Assembly: GCF_000143415.4 (NCBI RefSeq)
Contig: NW_003314296.1
Coordinates: 1,706,966-1,770,965 of the forward strand
Source of the DNA: Selaginella moellendorffii
Taxonomy: Eukaryota; Plantae; Lycopodiophyta
Length of the DNA stretch: 64,000 bases
Reading direction: 5' to 3'
How positions within the stretch are numbered: the first letter of the stretch is position 1; each line of letters opens with the position of its first letter. The notes beneath the pieces are model-generated. The model made no database searches, was not told where the DNA came from, and was given only the letters and a program-made list of their open reading frames with translations. A program made the translations under genes and the position numbers. Below are positions 41,001 through 56,641 of the stretch, in pieces.

Positions 41001-43929
41001 ATCCCATCCGATGAACTCTTTATCATTTCAATTATGCTTTTGGCAATCTTTTAGTCTACGATACCTTGGGGAGTTGGTTCCTTACAACTCCACCACCTAT
41101 AAAAGAAGTTTGATACCCACATCGAACATCTCTTTTTAATCCTACGACTTGTTGCCCATGTCTCCAAGGGCATCCCCCCACTTAGCGGTGTGCCTAAATT
41201 AGCCTCCTTAGCCAAGAGCCCATAACAACGGAATATAGGTGTCCTTATACCCCTCATCTCACCACGCCCTAGTATAGGGTCGAGACTTGAACCCATCCTT
41301 GCTTTACTAGGGGGTTGGGACTTGAACCCAACCTCTGTAGAATACATCTACGAATTCGACATCCCTGTGGGGAGTCGGGTGTAGTTCTCTACGCTTGGTT
41401 GACTTAGCTAATCCATACTAAATAGCTTACCTTTGGCGTGCCTTTGGGTCCCAATATATGCCATTGCTCAACTTCACAATTTAATACTTTAATTGAACTT
41501 TGCATAAGTATATAGAGTTCTGCCTTAGTATAAAAGCACTTCCTCCATTTTGTCACATTGCACCTCCTCCTCCATCTTCTTGTGTTGCACCTCCTTGCAT
41601 GGAAGCATCTTTTCCACCTCCTCATGTGAAAGGAGTTTTAGATCCTTTAGCATCTTGTAAAACTCCTTGTGTCATGAAATATAAGATTGTGCTTCAGACT
41701 CTACAGCCCCACTACAAAAGTCCTAGAAGAGTTAGTAAATGAATTTCAATTATATTGAATTGAATCATTACACTTTAAATGTAATCATTACACTATCTAT
41801 AGTAACAAAAACTTTAGCTAGTGCGTGTTTTTGGAGTGTTGGTGCAACTTCCTCTGACATCTCTATTGCAATGGGATCCTCCATAATTTGTAGTGGAATT
41901 GGTTTTTTTCATGATTTGTAAAGGAAAAAGATCCTATTGGAAACCAAACATGCATGCTCCATGGGTCTGGGGAATAGAATACAACATGGTCCTCAATGTT
42001 GAAGCCATGCACACATAAGTGGTAAGCTCATTCTGAGTTAAAACTTTGTGACACTCAATTTCTCCTGGGAAATAAAATAAATAACAAGTGCAATAATGGA
42101 TAGAATTTTATAATGCCACACACTTACCAATATCCTTGCACATGAACTCAACCATATATATGGTTGATCTCCAAAAATTGTTATTCCCCAATCTCTATTC
42201 ATGCTTTGCATAAGACACAAGTTTGTGTCGTTTACTATAAATTTCAAAGTTTACCAGTAAAGGACTAGTGCAAAAGTGTATTCGCATGAGTGTGGTCATG
42301 TACGCATATGTGCCAAGCAATTGACAAAAGTAGAAGGCATCACTTGTATGTCCCCTTCCACATCATGCAAACATTTGCATAACTACTATAGAGAGAATTG
42401 AAAAACTTATAAGTAATCACTATAAACATTTACTTGTGTGTAAGTGTAGTGTTCCAATGCCCCATGATTGCATTCACTAAAATAAGCATAAAGCTTATGC
42501 TAATAAGAAAAACTAATAAAGGAAAGATTACCTCACTTGGAGTTGCAATGCACCTAAGCAGACAAATAAAATCTCTAACCCGATGCAGTGCCAACCACAA
42601 GTCCACTATGATACAGGCACTTAAAGAGCACATATTGATCAAGGTTTGGGTGAGAGCTCTTTGCATGTAGGCAGCTGTGATTCTCGTTCATGTGTTAAGT
42701 GCATTATGCTGTCCCTACACAAAGTGGGTATACACAAACGATCAAGAGTTGGCTGCTTGCAAACCCTGATTAATGCATGCTTGTCATGCCCACCACTTCC
42801 TGAAACTTGCTTTTGAAGCACCCATGTTGCACCCAATATTGTGGGAAAGCTATTGCTCTCGGCCAAAAAATGTGATTTGACGTGTATGGGTATAGCATTT
42901 AATATGGGGTTCTGCCACATTAGTATGACATGTGAGATTGCTATACCACATTAGCTTGCCACACAGGTACATTTGATGTCATACGAAATATAGCAATGTT
43001 TTTTTTGTCTTTTTTACTGCACTACTTTCCTGTGGCCCCTAGGGCAATCAAAATGTAGTAACAATTGTTTTTATAACATGGGCACTAGTGTTTACCTTAT
43101 GTATTGATATGAAACCAAACTTGCCTGCTACAAATTAATTGCCATAAGGTGTGAATTAAACATGGGAACAAGAAATGTTTGATATGGCCAGAAGACTTAT
43201 CAAAGTTATATGTGGTGACACAAGTATTTTGTTGGTTTTGTTCTCTTTATTTGCATCTCATCATATTCTTTTCCAAGAGTATTGCGATGGGTAGTTTGTC
43301 AATTATGATACATGGTCATTTTATTGCCATGATCGCAACTTTCACATGTATTGTACACCCAAGAGCCAAAATTGATGATGGTATAGGCATTCCCAAATGC
43401 ACCACCACCAATTCCAACACCCCACCCTCCCCCAGTTCCAGCACATGACTCTATGTAATGGGAGTGATGTCGAGCATTAGAAAGGAGAGTAGCACTTGAT
43501 GTGTGTATAAAGATATTCTCAAAGGTAGTTGAGTTGGGGACATGCTACTACTACACTCTAGAAGCTATTTACAAAGTGTTGTTTGAGGTGTTATTCATGG
43601 AGTTGCAACCTATTGCCACAACTTTATGAAAGGGTTTCCAACGTATCATATCCAAACACCACAGAGAAGATGGAGAGGTTTTTGGTACGTAGGTTCATAG
43701 TTAAGGATTGGCTTGCAGCATGCAATAGCAATAACCTTCAGCCATCCATGCATGAGTGGATAGTCTGTTCAGTCAGTGTAATGGCGACCAAGGAGGCTCC
43801 ACCACTTTGCCATGGGCTCTCCCTTCTTGGCACCCAGCCAGAGAGTCACCTTGGAGCACTTCCACCTGGATTTTATGGTGTGCAATTGTCTACATGCAAT
43901 GCAGTCATCAAATTAAACAAAAGGTACAA

Positions 43930-44316
43930 AACCTACAAGCACCGTGAGTCATCCACTCCAGGTGGGCCATACTCAGAGCTCTCGGCTGCGTCACCCCAGC
44001 GTCAAGTTTGGCGACGCTGTGTGGTTCAAGGCCAGCTCGCAGATCTTCAAGGAAGGTGGCCTCGACTACCTGGGAAATTCCAACCTCGTCCACGGACAGA
44101 GCATCCTTGCCATCTGGGCCTGCCACGTTATCCTCATGGGAGCTGTCGAGAGGTGGACCGCTCGGCGAGGGACTCGGAGGTGCGTCTGATCCGCTCGGAC
44201 TCGCTGACGACCCGATACTTTCGCTGAGCTCAAGGTGAAGGCATCGAGAACTTGTTCGACCACCATGACAACCCCACCGTCAACAACCTGGCATAACTTC
44301 ACTCCCGGATCTTAGA
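43930..44316 (+). pseudogene. Lhcb 3' fragment (inverted duplicate of 19437-19815)
   Basis: [74 protein letters not shown]; frameshifts and deletions. Confidence 0.9.
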
Positions 44317-44701
44317 CGCTTCAAATCTGCAAAGAAAAAAAAGAAAAAGATGTTGTTCCGAGATCACTGTAAACCAGAATAAAAGAGGCTTCCTTCCTGT
44401 CACTGTTGACGCTTAGGAACTTGTTGTGAAGAGCAGTGATCCTGTTGTACTTGACAAAGAAGATCCCCGTGTGCCTTTTCAGTTGGAGCTTGCAAAGCTC
44501 CTCGTTGAGATCATTATACACGACATGGAACCAATTCCTGTTATCAAAGCTATGCATTGTCTCTGGAAAACACATATTGAGAATCAGAAAAAAGAAACAA
44601 GGAAGCCTGAACTAGTAACTTACCTTGACCGATTGTTGGGTGAAGAAGCACATCTTGTAAAAGACGGTATCAGAACAAGTGAAACAAGAAAAACGAAAGA
44701 G

Positions 44702-46693
44702 TCAATTCCAAGGAGAGTTTTCCATAGGCATGAGGATGGACTTGTGCTGGAGATATGGAAGCAAGCCTTCGTATCCATTCTCTCGACCGATTCCACTCAT
44801 CTTGTAGCCTCCAAACGGTACTGCTGGTCCGTCTCCCAGGTAGGAATTCACGTAGACAACGCCCGATTTGATCGACCTGGTCAGAAGATTGACTGTGTCA
44901 ATGTTCTTGCTGAAGACCGCCGCTGCTAGACCGTAGTGTGTGCTGTTTGCAAGCTCCACGACTTCGTCAAGAGTCCTGACTCAGTGAAGTAATTACCATC
45001 AGATAAACCAAGGTATAAACGAAGTTTTCTTACTTGAACTTGAGCACTGAAAGCACGGGACCAAAGATTTCCTCGCTGGCAATCTTCATGGATTGCTACA
45101 CAAATGTCCTGGATGTTTTGAGAAAAGAGTAAGAGAATCTTAACACAGCAAACCTTGACGTCTCCAAAAATTGTTGGCTGGATGTAAAATCCTTTCTCGC
45201 CGATGCGTTTGCCTCCCACTAGAAGGCTGGCACCTTCTTTTTTTCCCGACTCAATGTAGCTCAAAACTCTGTCCAGCTGCTCCTGGTTGATCTGATAAAA
45301 CAGCTCGTGACTAGTAACCGAAAGATCAAGAGAGGATATTTTCTTACTTGGGGACCATTTTGGACTCCGGATTGGAAAGGATCTCCAATTACACGTTCGC
45401 TTGCCAGCTTGACAGACCTCTTGATAAACTCGTCATGAATACTTTCGTGAACAAAGACTCGCGATGCAGCAACACAGACTTGTCCCTGAAACACATGTCA
45501 TCATTTCCAAACAAGTTCCCATCCTGAAAATTTCACCTGATGCATGAAAATGGCATCTTGAGAGACGGCCACAGCCGAGTCTAGGTCGGCATCCTCGCAG
45601 ATTATAAACGGAGATTTGCCGCCAAGCTCCAGTGTGACGGGCTTTAAGTTGCTTCTCGCAGCACTCTCCATTATCATTCTTCCAACTTCAGTGGAACCAG
45701 TAAATGTCACCTGAGGAAAAAAAGGAACTTTTCTTTTCAATTGCAAGCTTTCTTACCTTATCCACCCTCATATGCTTCGAAATCGCGGCTCCTGCAGTGG
45801 GGCCATAACCAGGAATAACATTGAGGACTCCCGGGGGAATCCCTGCCTATATTCGTGAAGAAAAAATGACTTTTGTGTGCAAGTGTAGTGCAAGTCTTTC
45901 TTACCTCTTGAGAAAGACTCGCCAGGAGTAGTCCTGTCAAAGGTGTCTGCTCGGCAACCTTGACAACGATCGTATTTCCACAAGTTAACGCAGACCCGAC
46001 TTTGTTGAGAAACAAATAAGCCGGGAAGTTCCACGGAACAATCGCTCCAACCACACCAATTGGCTCCAAAAGGGTGTAGCACATCCGAGTAGAATCAGTT
46101 CGCAAGGTCTTTCCATTGAGCTTGTCAGCCCAGCCTGAGAGAAAAAAAGCCACTCCACTGGTTCAGCAGTGTTTCGATATTGAAAATTTGTTTGTAGTAC
46201 CTGCATTGTATCGCAGAGAGGCAACCGAACCCGCAATTATCCCCTTGCTTAGATCGATCAACATTCCGTTGTTGAGGGTCTCAAGAGTTGCCAGTTCGTC
46301 GAGATGTTCCTCGATCACATCCGCGAACTTGTAAAGTATCCTTCCTCTTTCCTACCAAACGAGCATGAACAAAAGATAAGAAGGAAGAAGGAAGAAGGAA
46401 TAACTCACAGCAGCAGCAAGGCGTGGCCAGGGCCCGTGGTCAAATGCTTCGCGCGCGGCTCTCACGGCCAGATCCACATCCGCCGCGTCTCCCTCGGCGA
46501 CTTGAGCAATACATTCCGAGTTGCTGGGATTGAAAGTGGAGAACGTCTTGCCTGCAAAAGATCCACAAAACCATTTCACGCTCACCGCAAAAGCACAAGA
46601 AAAGCAAAGATCACAACCTGAGACAGCGTCCACGAATCGCCCATCGATGAAGAGCTTGGTGTGCTTGACGAGATCCTTGGCATCGCTCCCCAT
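44702..46693 (-). CDS. Aldehyde dehydrogenase, ALDH2 family, cytosolic type (no transit peptide), 10 exons, intact
   Basis: Spliced frame open from [20 protein letters not shown] to MENSPWN*. Motifs [36 protein letters not shown] (Glu), QGQVCVA (Cys), [19 protein letters not shown]; all introns GT-AG. Confidence 0.93.
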
Positions 46694-47377
46694 ATCTTTT
46701 CTGCTTTGCTTGCTATCCAAACCCCAAGTAGTATACATCAAAGAGATTACATGTCATATGATGTCGACGTGCCCATCGGGATCTATGTTGTCAAAAGATT
46801 CGCGAAAAGGACTGACATACGAGTAAACGCACACCCAAAGACTAAGTGACGAAAGAGGCGAAGCCGCCGTCTTTCTTGGGGGCCGGCTTTCTGGTTTCGT
46901 CGAGAAGAAAGTTTGTATCTCGTCAGATGAAATGAAAAGAAGAAAACTTGTTAGGGCTACAAGACCACAAAAAGAGCCATTTTAAAAATTCTAGCCACTA
47001 ATTAAACCCATTTTGCTAGAAGTACGTAACAGCGTCGATGAAGAACACTCCCCATGAGTGTTTCCTCCTTGTCCTTGGAAATCACTCAAGCTGAGAAAAA
47101 ACTACTATAATCTGTCAGCAGCTAGTGATGCTAAATTCTCGTGATATAATTTAACATCGAAAAATAGTTGTATTTACTTATCTCAACAATATCTCAACTC
47201 GTGATATACTTAACATCACTAGCCCTTGACAAATTCTCCTGAATAAGTCGTATTTTCATTGTAGAATAAAACAAGGCGGCCTGAGATGCGCGTCACAGGA
47301 AATTTTCCGCAGTTTCCAATATGAATGATTACATCTTCTTCCTGCAATTCTCAAATACAATTCTTTTTATTTCCAGG

Positions 47378-50052
<2,675 letters not shown>

Positions 50053-50236
50053 GCAGATAAAATATTCTGATGGAATAAAGATTGAAAAATTCCCAACCCG
50101 CTGACAAAATGGAAAAAAATTGTGTAGTAGAATTGCACCCCAAAGCCGCATCTTCGATGACCCTAGTTAGGTTTGAAGCAATCTAAAAAAGACTCTGGAG
50201 TTGGGGTTTAGGGCACCCACTAAGGGGTAGCCACGT

Positions 50237-50455
50237 AAGAGAGGGGGGTGTTGCTTTATGCATTTCTCCTCATGAATCACACCCGGCCCTAAATGTTTAA
50301 CGATTAAATTTAAATTAGTAACGTTAAATTTTAATTAGTAGATGTTGTTAACTGGTATGTTAACGACTATAATTTTGTAATTAGCCAGTGAATTGGCTTG
50401 GTTTAGGTTTTTCCCTTCTTATATTTTTATTTTTTATTTTTATCATTCTATTTAG
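50237..50455 (+). mobile_element. Possible polypurine tract plus LTR start running into the gap
   Basis: aagagagggggg immediately followed by TGTTG at 50249. Confidence 0.35.
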
Positions 50456-51276
50456 NNNNNNNNNNNNNNNNNNNNNNNNNNNNNNNNNNNNNNNNNNNNN
50501 NNNNNNNNNNNNNNNNNNNNNNNNNNNNNNNNNNNNNNNNNNNNNNNNNNNNNNNNNNNNNNNNNNNNNNNNNNNNNNNNNNNNNNNNNNNNNNNNNNNN
50601 NNNNNNNNNNNNNNNNNNNNNNNNNNNNNNNNNNNNNNNNNNNNNNNNNNNNNNNNNNNNNNNNNNNNNNNNNNNNNNNNNNNNNNNNNNNNNNNNNNNN
50701 NNNNNNNNNNNNNNNNNNNNNNNNNNNNNNNNNNNNNNNNNNNNNNNNNNNNNNNNNNNNNNNNNNNNNNNNNNNNNNNNNNNNNNNNNNNNNNNNNNNN
50801 NNNNNNNNNNNNNNNNNNNNNNNNNNNNNNNNNNNNNNNNNNNNNNNNNNNNNNNNNNNNNNNNNNNNNNNNNNNNNNNNNNNNNNNNNNNNNNNNNNNN
50901 NNNNNNNNNNNNNNNNNNNNNNNNNNNNNNNNNNNNNNNNNNNNNNNNNNNNNNNNNNNNNNNNNNNNNNNNNNNNNNNNNNNNNNNNNNNNNNNNNNNN
51001 NNNNNNNNNNNNNNNNNNNNNNNNNNNNNNNNNNNNNNNNNNNNNNNNNNNNNNNNNNNNNNNNNNNNNNNNNNNNNNNNNNNNNNNNNNNNNNNNNNNN
51101 NNNNNNNNNNNNNNNNNNNNNNNNNNNNNNNNNNNNNNNNNNNNNNNNNNNNNNNNNNNNNNNNNNNNNNNNNNNNNNNNNNNNNNNNNNNNNNNNNNNN
51201 NNNNNNNNNNNNNNNNNNNNNNNNNNNNNNNNNNNNNNNNNNNNNNNNNNNNNNNNNNNNNNNNNNNNNNNNNNNN
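50456..51276. other. Assembly gap (N run)
   Basis: 821 consecutive N. Confidence 1.
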
Positions 51277-51499
51277 GGGGAGTGATTAACAAATTTTCCA
51301 TGTCATTTTTTTTGTTAGTGAGATAGGGGAGCCAACAAACTGTATGCCTCAGCCAAGCCCCACATTTGCATAGGATTATCCATTGGTAGTAGCCAGAGCA
51401 ATTGGTCATGCCTCTCAACTACTCCCATCTTTTCAATGGAGTGTGTAGAACTTAAACGAGAGAGATAGCACCAAGAAAGTGAATGGCTTGCTTGTACTG

Positions 51500-53510
51500 T
51501 CAGCCTCATAATCAAGCGGGTTTATTTATACAGTTTACAGTAAAATAAATTTACCAAATTATCACAAAGAAGAATAAAAAGACTTGGCAATGGTAACAAA
51601 AAATCTTTCACAATTTTTATAGTTGATATGGAAATTGAGATTCCTAGACAACTTCTCAATCCCCTCTACATGAATAGAGCAAAGTCTTTTAGCTCATTTT
51701 TCGCTTGAAAATCAAATGTAAAACATTACTAATTAACAATATTTCTCAATTTTCTTTTAGATACTTTACTTGTGTGGCAAAATTAACCTTATGTGGCATA
51801 TGAGAACATATGTGCATTATATTTTCTATTGATTAACAGAGAGGAAACACTTCCTTCACCACCAAAGCCTTTTTCTAATTTAGCTCCATTGAGGGTACCA
51901 TCTAAATGTTGCCACCAAGGTAAAACCATTTAGCTGGGATATTGGAATGTTTTTGAGCAAATGAACATGATTTTTACCCAAAAGAATTGCTTACTTTAGT
52001 TTTTGGACACTCTTCCTTCAGAATATTCTACCATTGTTACAAGTTTTATAATGAATGATTAATGTACTTTTGAGGTTGTAGTTCATGACTAGAATTGTCC
52101 TTTTTTTTAATATGCTTCCACTGACACTTCTACTCTAGCACTTTACTCTCGGTCACTATTTATTAGTGCTCATGTTTCAAATAAGTGGTTTTATTTTCCA
52201 TAAGATTCATTTTGTTATTATAGTCATTCCATTAGTGGTTGTTATAATTGTGGTTAATCTGGTCATATAGCACAGTTTTATTATCAATCTTGTGAGTTTT
52301 ATCATTATTCTGGATGTACTTCCTAATTTTATTGTCAGCATCCAAATTATACTCATTTAGTTTCTTGTGTTATTCCTTGTCCATAACAACTTCCTCAAGC
52401 TTATATAGCTACTAGTCCTAATAGACAACAACAATAAATATATGCTACCATCAATGATTCATCCCCTTCTATTTTGTTTTCAATAGAGGACTTTTCAACA
52501 CAATTATGTGGTGCTTTGCTAACTTTTTGTTCTTCTTTTACTATTATTATTGAGTATAGTGATATGGTTAAGCACTCTGAATTTCATGATTATTAGGTTA
52601 CTTTAGTTATGATTTTTTTTCTTAGTGATAATTCTAAGCATCTTATTGAAGGGATTTGCAAATTCTCTTTTGGTTTCTCAAAGGTGTTTTTCATATTTTA
52701 TCACTTCACACTAATATTTTGTCACTATTATTTTACTAATGTTTAATTCTAATAGATATTCTATTTTGCATGGTCATCTTTTCCATGCTAAAATCATATT
52801 TATATCCTTGATTTTTTATATGTTACTCTAAAGGAGTTTTCTTCCAGTACTTGTGATTTATAACATGTTAGGCTTAGTCATTTCCATTTAGAAGCTATTA
52901 AACATATTTCTAAAGTGGTTGAAAGTTTTTCTTTTGGTATTCATCCTCATCATAATTGTGAGACTTGTGCTCTTGGCAAACTTCATTATCTTCTTTTTCT
53001 TCATTTTTCACATACAAGCACAGTTTCATTGGAATTTGTTCATTCAGATATTATTAGCCTATTTTCTGTCACACTCAATAGATCTCGATACTATATTCTT
53101 TTTATTGAATTTATTGTTTTTGATATAAAAGTGAAGTTTTTCTTTGATTTCAAAAGTACCATGGTTTTATGAAAAAACAAACTGGCTTATCTCATAAAGT
53201 TCTTCCTTTTCACAATGAAGGTAAATATATTTTTCAAGATTTTTGAAATTATTGTCAATCTACTGGTTTTGTTAACCAATATACAATTTATTCTATACCT
53301 CAACAAAATGGCATTTCAGAGCACAAAAATTATACCATACTTAACATAATATATTTAATACTTTTGCCAACATTTATTCCATATTCATTTTAATCAAAAG
53401 CTGATGCAACTATTATTTACATTTTAAACCATGTTTCTATATCTTATTTGGGGTATCATTATACTCTTTATAAAGTTTGGACGCACTGTAAAGTTTTTGG
53501 TTGTAAAAGT
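51500..53510 (+). mobile_element. Decayed Ty1/copia gag-pol including integrase
   Basis: CYNCG knuckle; CETCALGKLH..LEFVHSDI..SRYYILFI (pre-integrase and rve start); HNEGKY..YCQSTG..PQQNGISEHKN.TIL (rve core). Confidence 0.82.
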
Positions 53511-54100
53511 ATATTTAGGGTTTTAATGTTTTACTCTTTTTGCCAAAATTAAATCTCCAAAACAACTTATGGTTTACATTGGATCATCACTCTTTTTTCT
53601 TCTTCTTTTCCCATCATTTCATGTTGTTTTTTAGGGTGTTATTAGCTGGGCTAGGTACTAGGGTGTATCCATGGATCTATAGCACGTATGTGATCCATGC
53701 TCATGTAATGACATCCTAGGTCAGATTTGCCAATGTAAAATATGCTTAAATTCTGGCTTTAGGGTGGCACTCTGTGCAATGACATCTTCCAGACACAATG
53801 TGGGATCCAACATGGGATCCAGGGCAATTGAACAATAGTGATGAACTCATGCAATAACATATGAATTTATTTGCATTGATATAATATACTCCTTACTTTC
53901 CATTAAATCTTTGGATCCTTTTCCCAGACTCTCTTATGAAGAGGAGAACATGATAGGAGTGGCTGGTCATCATGTTTTGGTGACTTTAAACTCCAACTTT
54001 AAATCTGTTTTATACATATATTTCTTTTATTTTAAATTAGCTTGGAAATTTAAATTTTTTCCAAAGAAAACATTTGGGTAGTGAAGAACCCTAAAATACA

Positions 54101-56533
54101 ATGCTGCATTGCGCAGGATGTGGAAGCTCCTGCTTCTTCCAATCCCAGCGACGCCCTCCAGGTATGCTGCAGGGCAGAGATTACAGGAGAATGCAGGCCA
54201 GAAAGATTGGCCGGGCAGGGTCTAGCGCCATTGTTTTGGCATCCAAGAACAAATCCAGGAAGAAGAATGTGGAGGACGATGTCGCTGCATATACGACGGC
54301 TGCGTTGCCTCTGCTAGAGGAGTATGCTGCCGGATACAGCGTGGCTGTGCTAGAGAAGAAGAAAGATTTGTCATCCAATCTGGGAGCAAAGGAAACTTTG
54401 CAGCGTGAGAAATCTTCTTCCAAGAAATCCTCGCTGGAAGAGTTTCTCAAAGGGAAAGTTCGACCATTGGACGAGGACGAAGAGAAAGAAGAGAAGGAAG
54501 ACGAGAGAGTCGAAGTTTGGGAAGGCGACTTGGGAAGCCCAATGACCGCCGAGGAGGAGCGCAAGCTACTGGCTGAAGCTGAGAAGGAGCTCTCGGAGCT
54601 CAGGAAGATGCATGGAGAGCGTTCCATTTTTGAGAATCGCTCGAAGCTTGGGATCGAAGAGGACGACGATGACGACCGCGTGGAAGTTTGGAAGGGAGAT
54701 AAGATGGAAGTCTGGAACGAAGAGGAGGACTCTTCCACAGATGTTTCTACGAGTGACAAGGAAGATCGAGCAGGAAACAAGAAAGGCGTGCCTGCTGTGA
54801 TGAGGTGCTTCGATCGAGCAAAGATTTACGTGAAAGCTGGGGATGGTGGCAATGGCGAGGTGGCCTTTCGAAGAGAAAAATACATCCCTCACGGTGGTCC
54901 ATCGGGTGGTAATGGCGGACGAGGTGGAAACATATACATCGAGGTTGATCCATCGCTCAACTCGCTGCTGTGCTTCCGGAAGAGCGTGCATTTTCGTGCC
55001 GGACGCGGCAGCCACGGCCTTGGCAAGTCCCAGGATGGAGCTTTTGGAGACGACTGCGTCGTGAAAGTCCCGCCTGGAACAGTGGTGAGAGACGCGAAGA
55101 ATTCAGAGACGCTACTCCTGGAGATGACAAAAGCTGGACACAGGGAATTGCTGCTTCCGGGAGGCCGTGGTGGCCGTGGAAATGCTGCGTTCAAGTCGGC
55201 GAAGAACAAGACTCCTCAGCTGGCGGAGCGAGGCGAGCAAGGAGCCGAAATGTTGGTTCTCAATCCCCTCCCTTCAAGCGTGATGGTTTGTTCTTCAGTT
55301 TTTTTTTTTTTTGTGTTCTTCCTGTCTTGATTTGTTTCTCTCGACTTTCTCTGATCTTTTGAGTTGTGATCTTTCCAGGTGGGTCGATCTGGAGCTTAAA
55401 CTTGTGGCAGACGTGGGAATTATAGGTGTTCCAAACGCTGGAAAGAGCACGCTACTAAGTGCTATCAGTGCTGCTCGTCCCGCCATTGCTGCATATCCAT
55501 TCACGACACTACTACCCAACCTTGGAGTGGTGTCGCTGGACTTCGATGCAACGATGGTTATAGCGGACTTGCCCGGGCTTCTCGAAGGTGCTCACGCTGG
55601 ATACGGCCTCGGTCACGAGTTTTTACGCCACACTGAGCGCTGTCGAGTCCTGGTAAGCTTTTTCTTTTAAACTTTCCTGCGTGCTAAAAGTTTCTTTGGA
55701 AAACCAGATTCATGTTATAGACGGTACGAGTCCACAGCCAGAATTCGAGTACGATGCAGTGCGACTGGAGCTGGAACTGTTTGATCCTCGCCTTTGCTCC
55801 AAACCATCCATTGTTGCTTTCAACAAGATGGATGTCCCAGAGGCTGCTGAACGCTGGGAAAGTTTCCGGAAAGCTATGGAGTCTCGTGGAGTGGAGGTTC
55901 GTTCCATGAGCGCCGCAACCATGGAGGGCACATTGCAAGTTGTGCGTCATGCGTATAAGCTTCTACAGACAGCCCCAGTTGGTAAGTATGAAACACTACT
56001 TTTAACTCGACTGTGAAACTCTTTCTCTACTATCCTTGCAGAAGAACCCGTGTCGATCTCGAACGACGTAGCTTCGATGGTGAAAAAGGAGCGAAGTAGT
56101 CCCATTGGAGAATTTAAGGTGGACGTCGACCCAGAATCAGACCTGTGGCACATTTACGGTGCTGGTGTGGAGCGCTTCACGCAAATGACTAACTGGGAGT
56201 AAGCTTACATCTTTTTTATTCCCATTCTTTCGAGCATTACAGTTCTTACACGACTCGCAGGTATTTCGAGTCCTTGCAACGATTCGAGCGGGTCTTGGAA
56301 TGCAGCGGCATAAATGCCGAGCTAAAGAGTAGAGGAATTCACGAAGGAGACAAAGTTGCGATCGGAGATGTACGTTAAATTCACACTCTTTGTTCTGTGC
56401 TATGAGCTCACTGTTTGTTTTTCTTTTTTCTTCGAACTTACAGCTAGTTTTCACTTGGCACGATTCCAATGATATTGCAAATGTGGGGACTTGGAGACGC
56501 GGCCAGAGAGGCTCAAAGAGTTGGCCACACTGA
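54101..56533 (+). CDS. OBGC: Chloroplast-type Obg/CgtA GTPase (ObgC-like)
   Basis: Exons ~54101-55251, 55379-55652, 55708-55981, 56042-56198, 56261-56369, 56444-56533. Acidic N-terminal extension; Gly-rich Obg fold [28 protein letters not shown]; G1 GVPNAGKS, G2 YPFTT, G3 DLPG, G4 NKMD; C-terminal OCT domain ([12 protein letters not shown]). Confidence 0.95.
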
Positions 56534-56641
56534 TGCCTCGTTTGTACAAAAGGTGATATTTTTATCTACAATCTTTCGCTTCTCATCTGTGCGTTCCAGA
56601 GAGACATAAAAGGCCTGGTGGTTTAGGTTTTTGCAGCGAGA

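Noticed and set aside
43583-44227. 214-aa ORF as a real gene
   Set aside because: It runs from unknown degenerate sequence into the Lhcb fragment out of frame; the sister copy is frameshifted.
50381-51418. Long ORFs of 345 and 312 aa
   Set aside because: They are artefacts of translating through the N gap.
54181-54780. Ser-rich 199-aa minus-strand ORF
   Set aside because: Antisense shadow of the Glu/Asp/Lys-rich Obg N-terminus.
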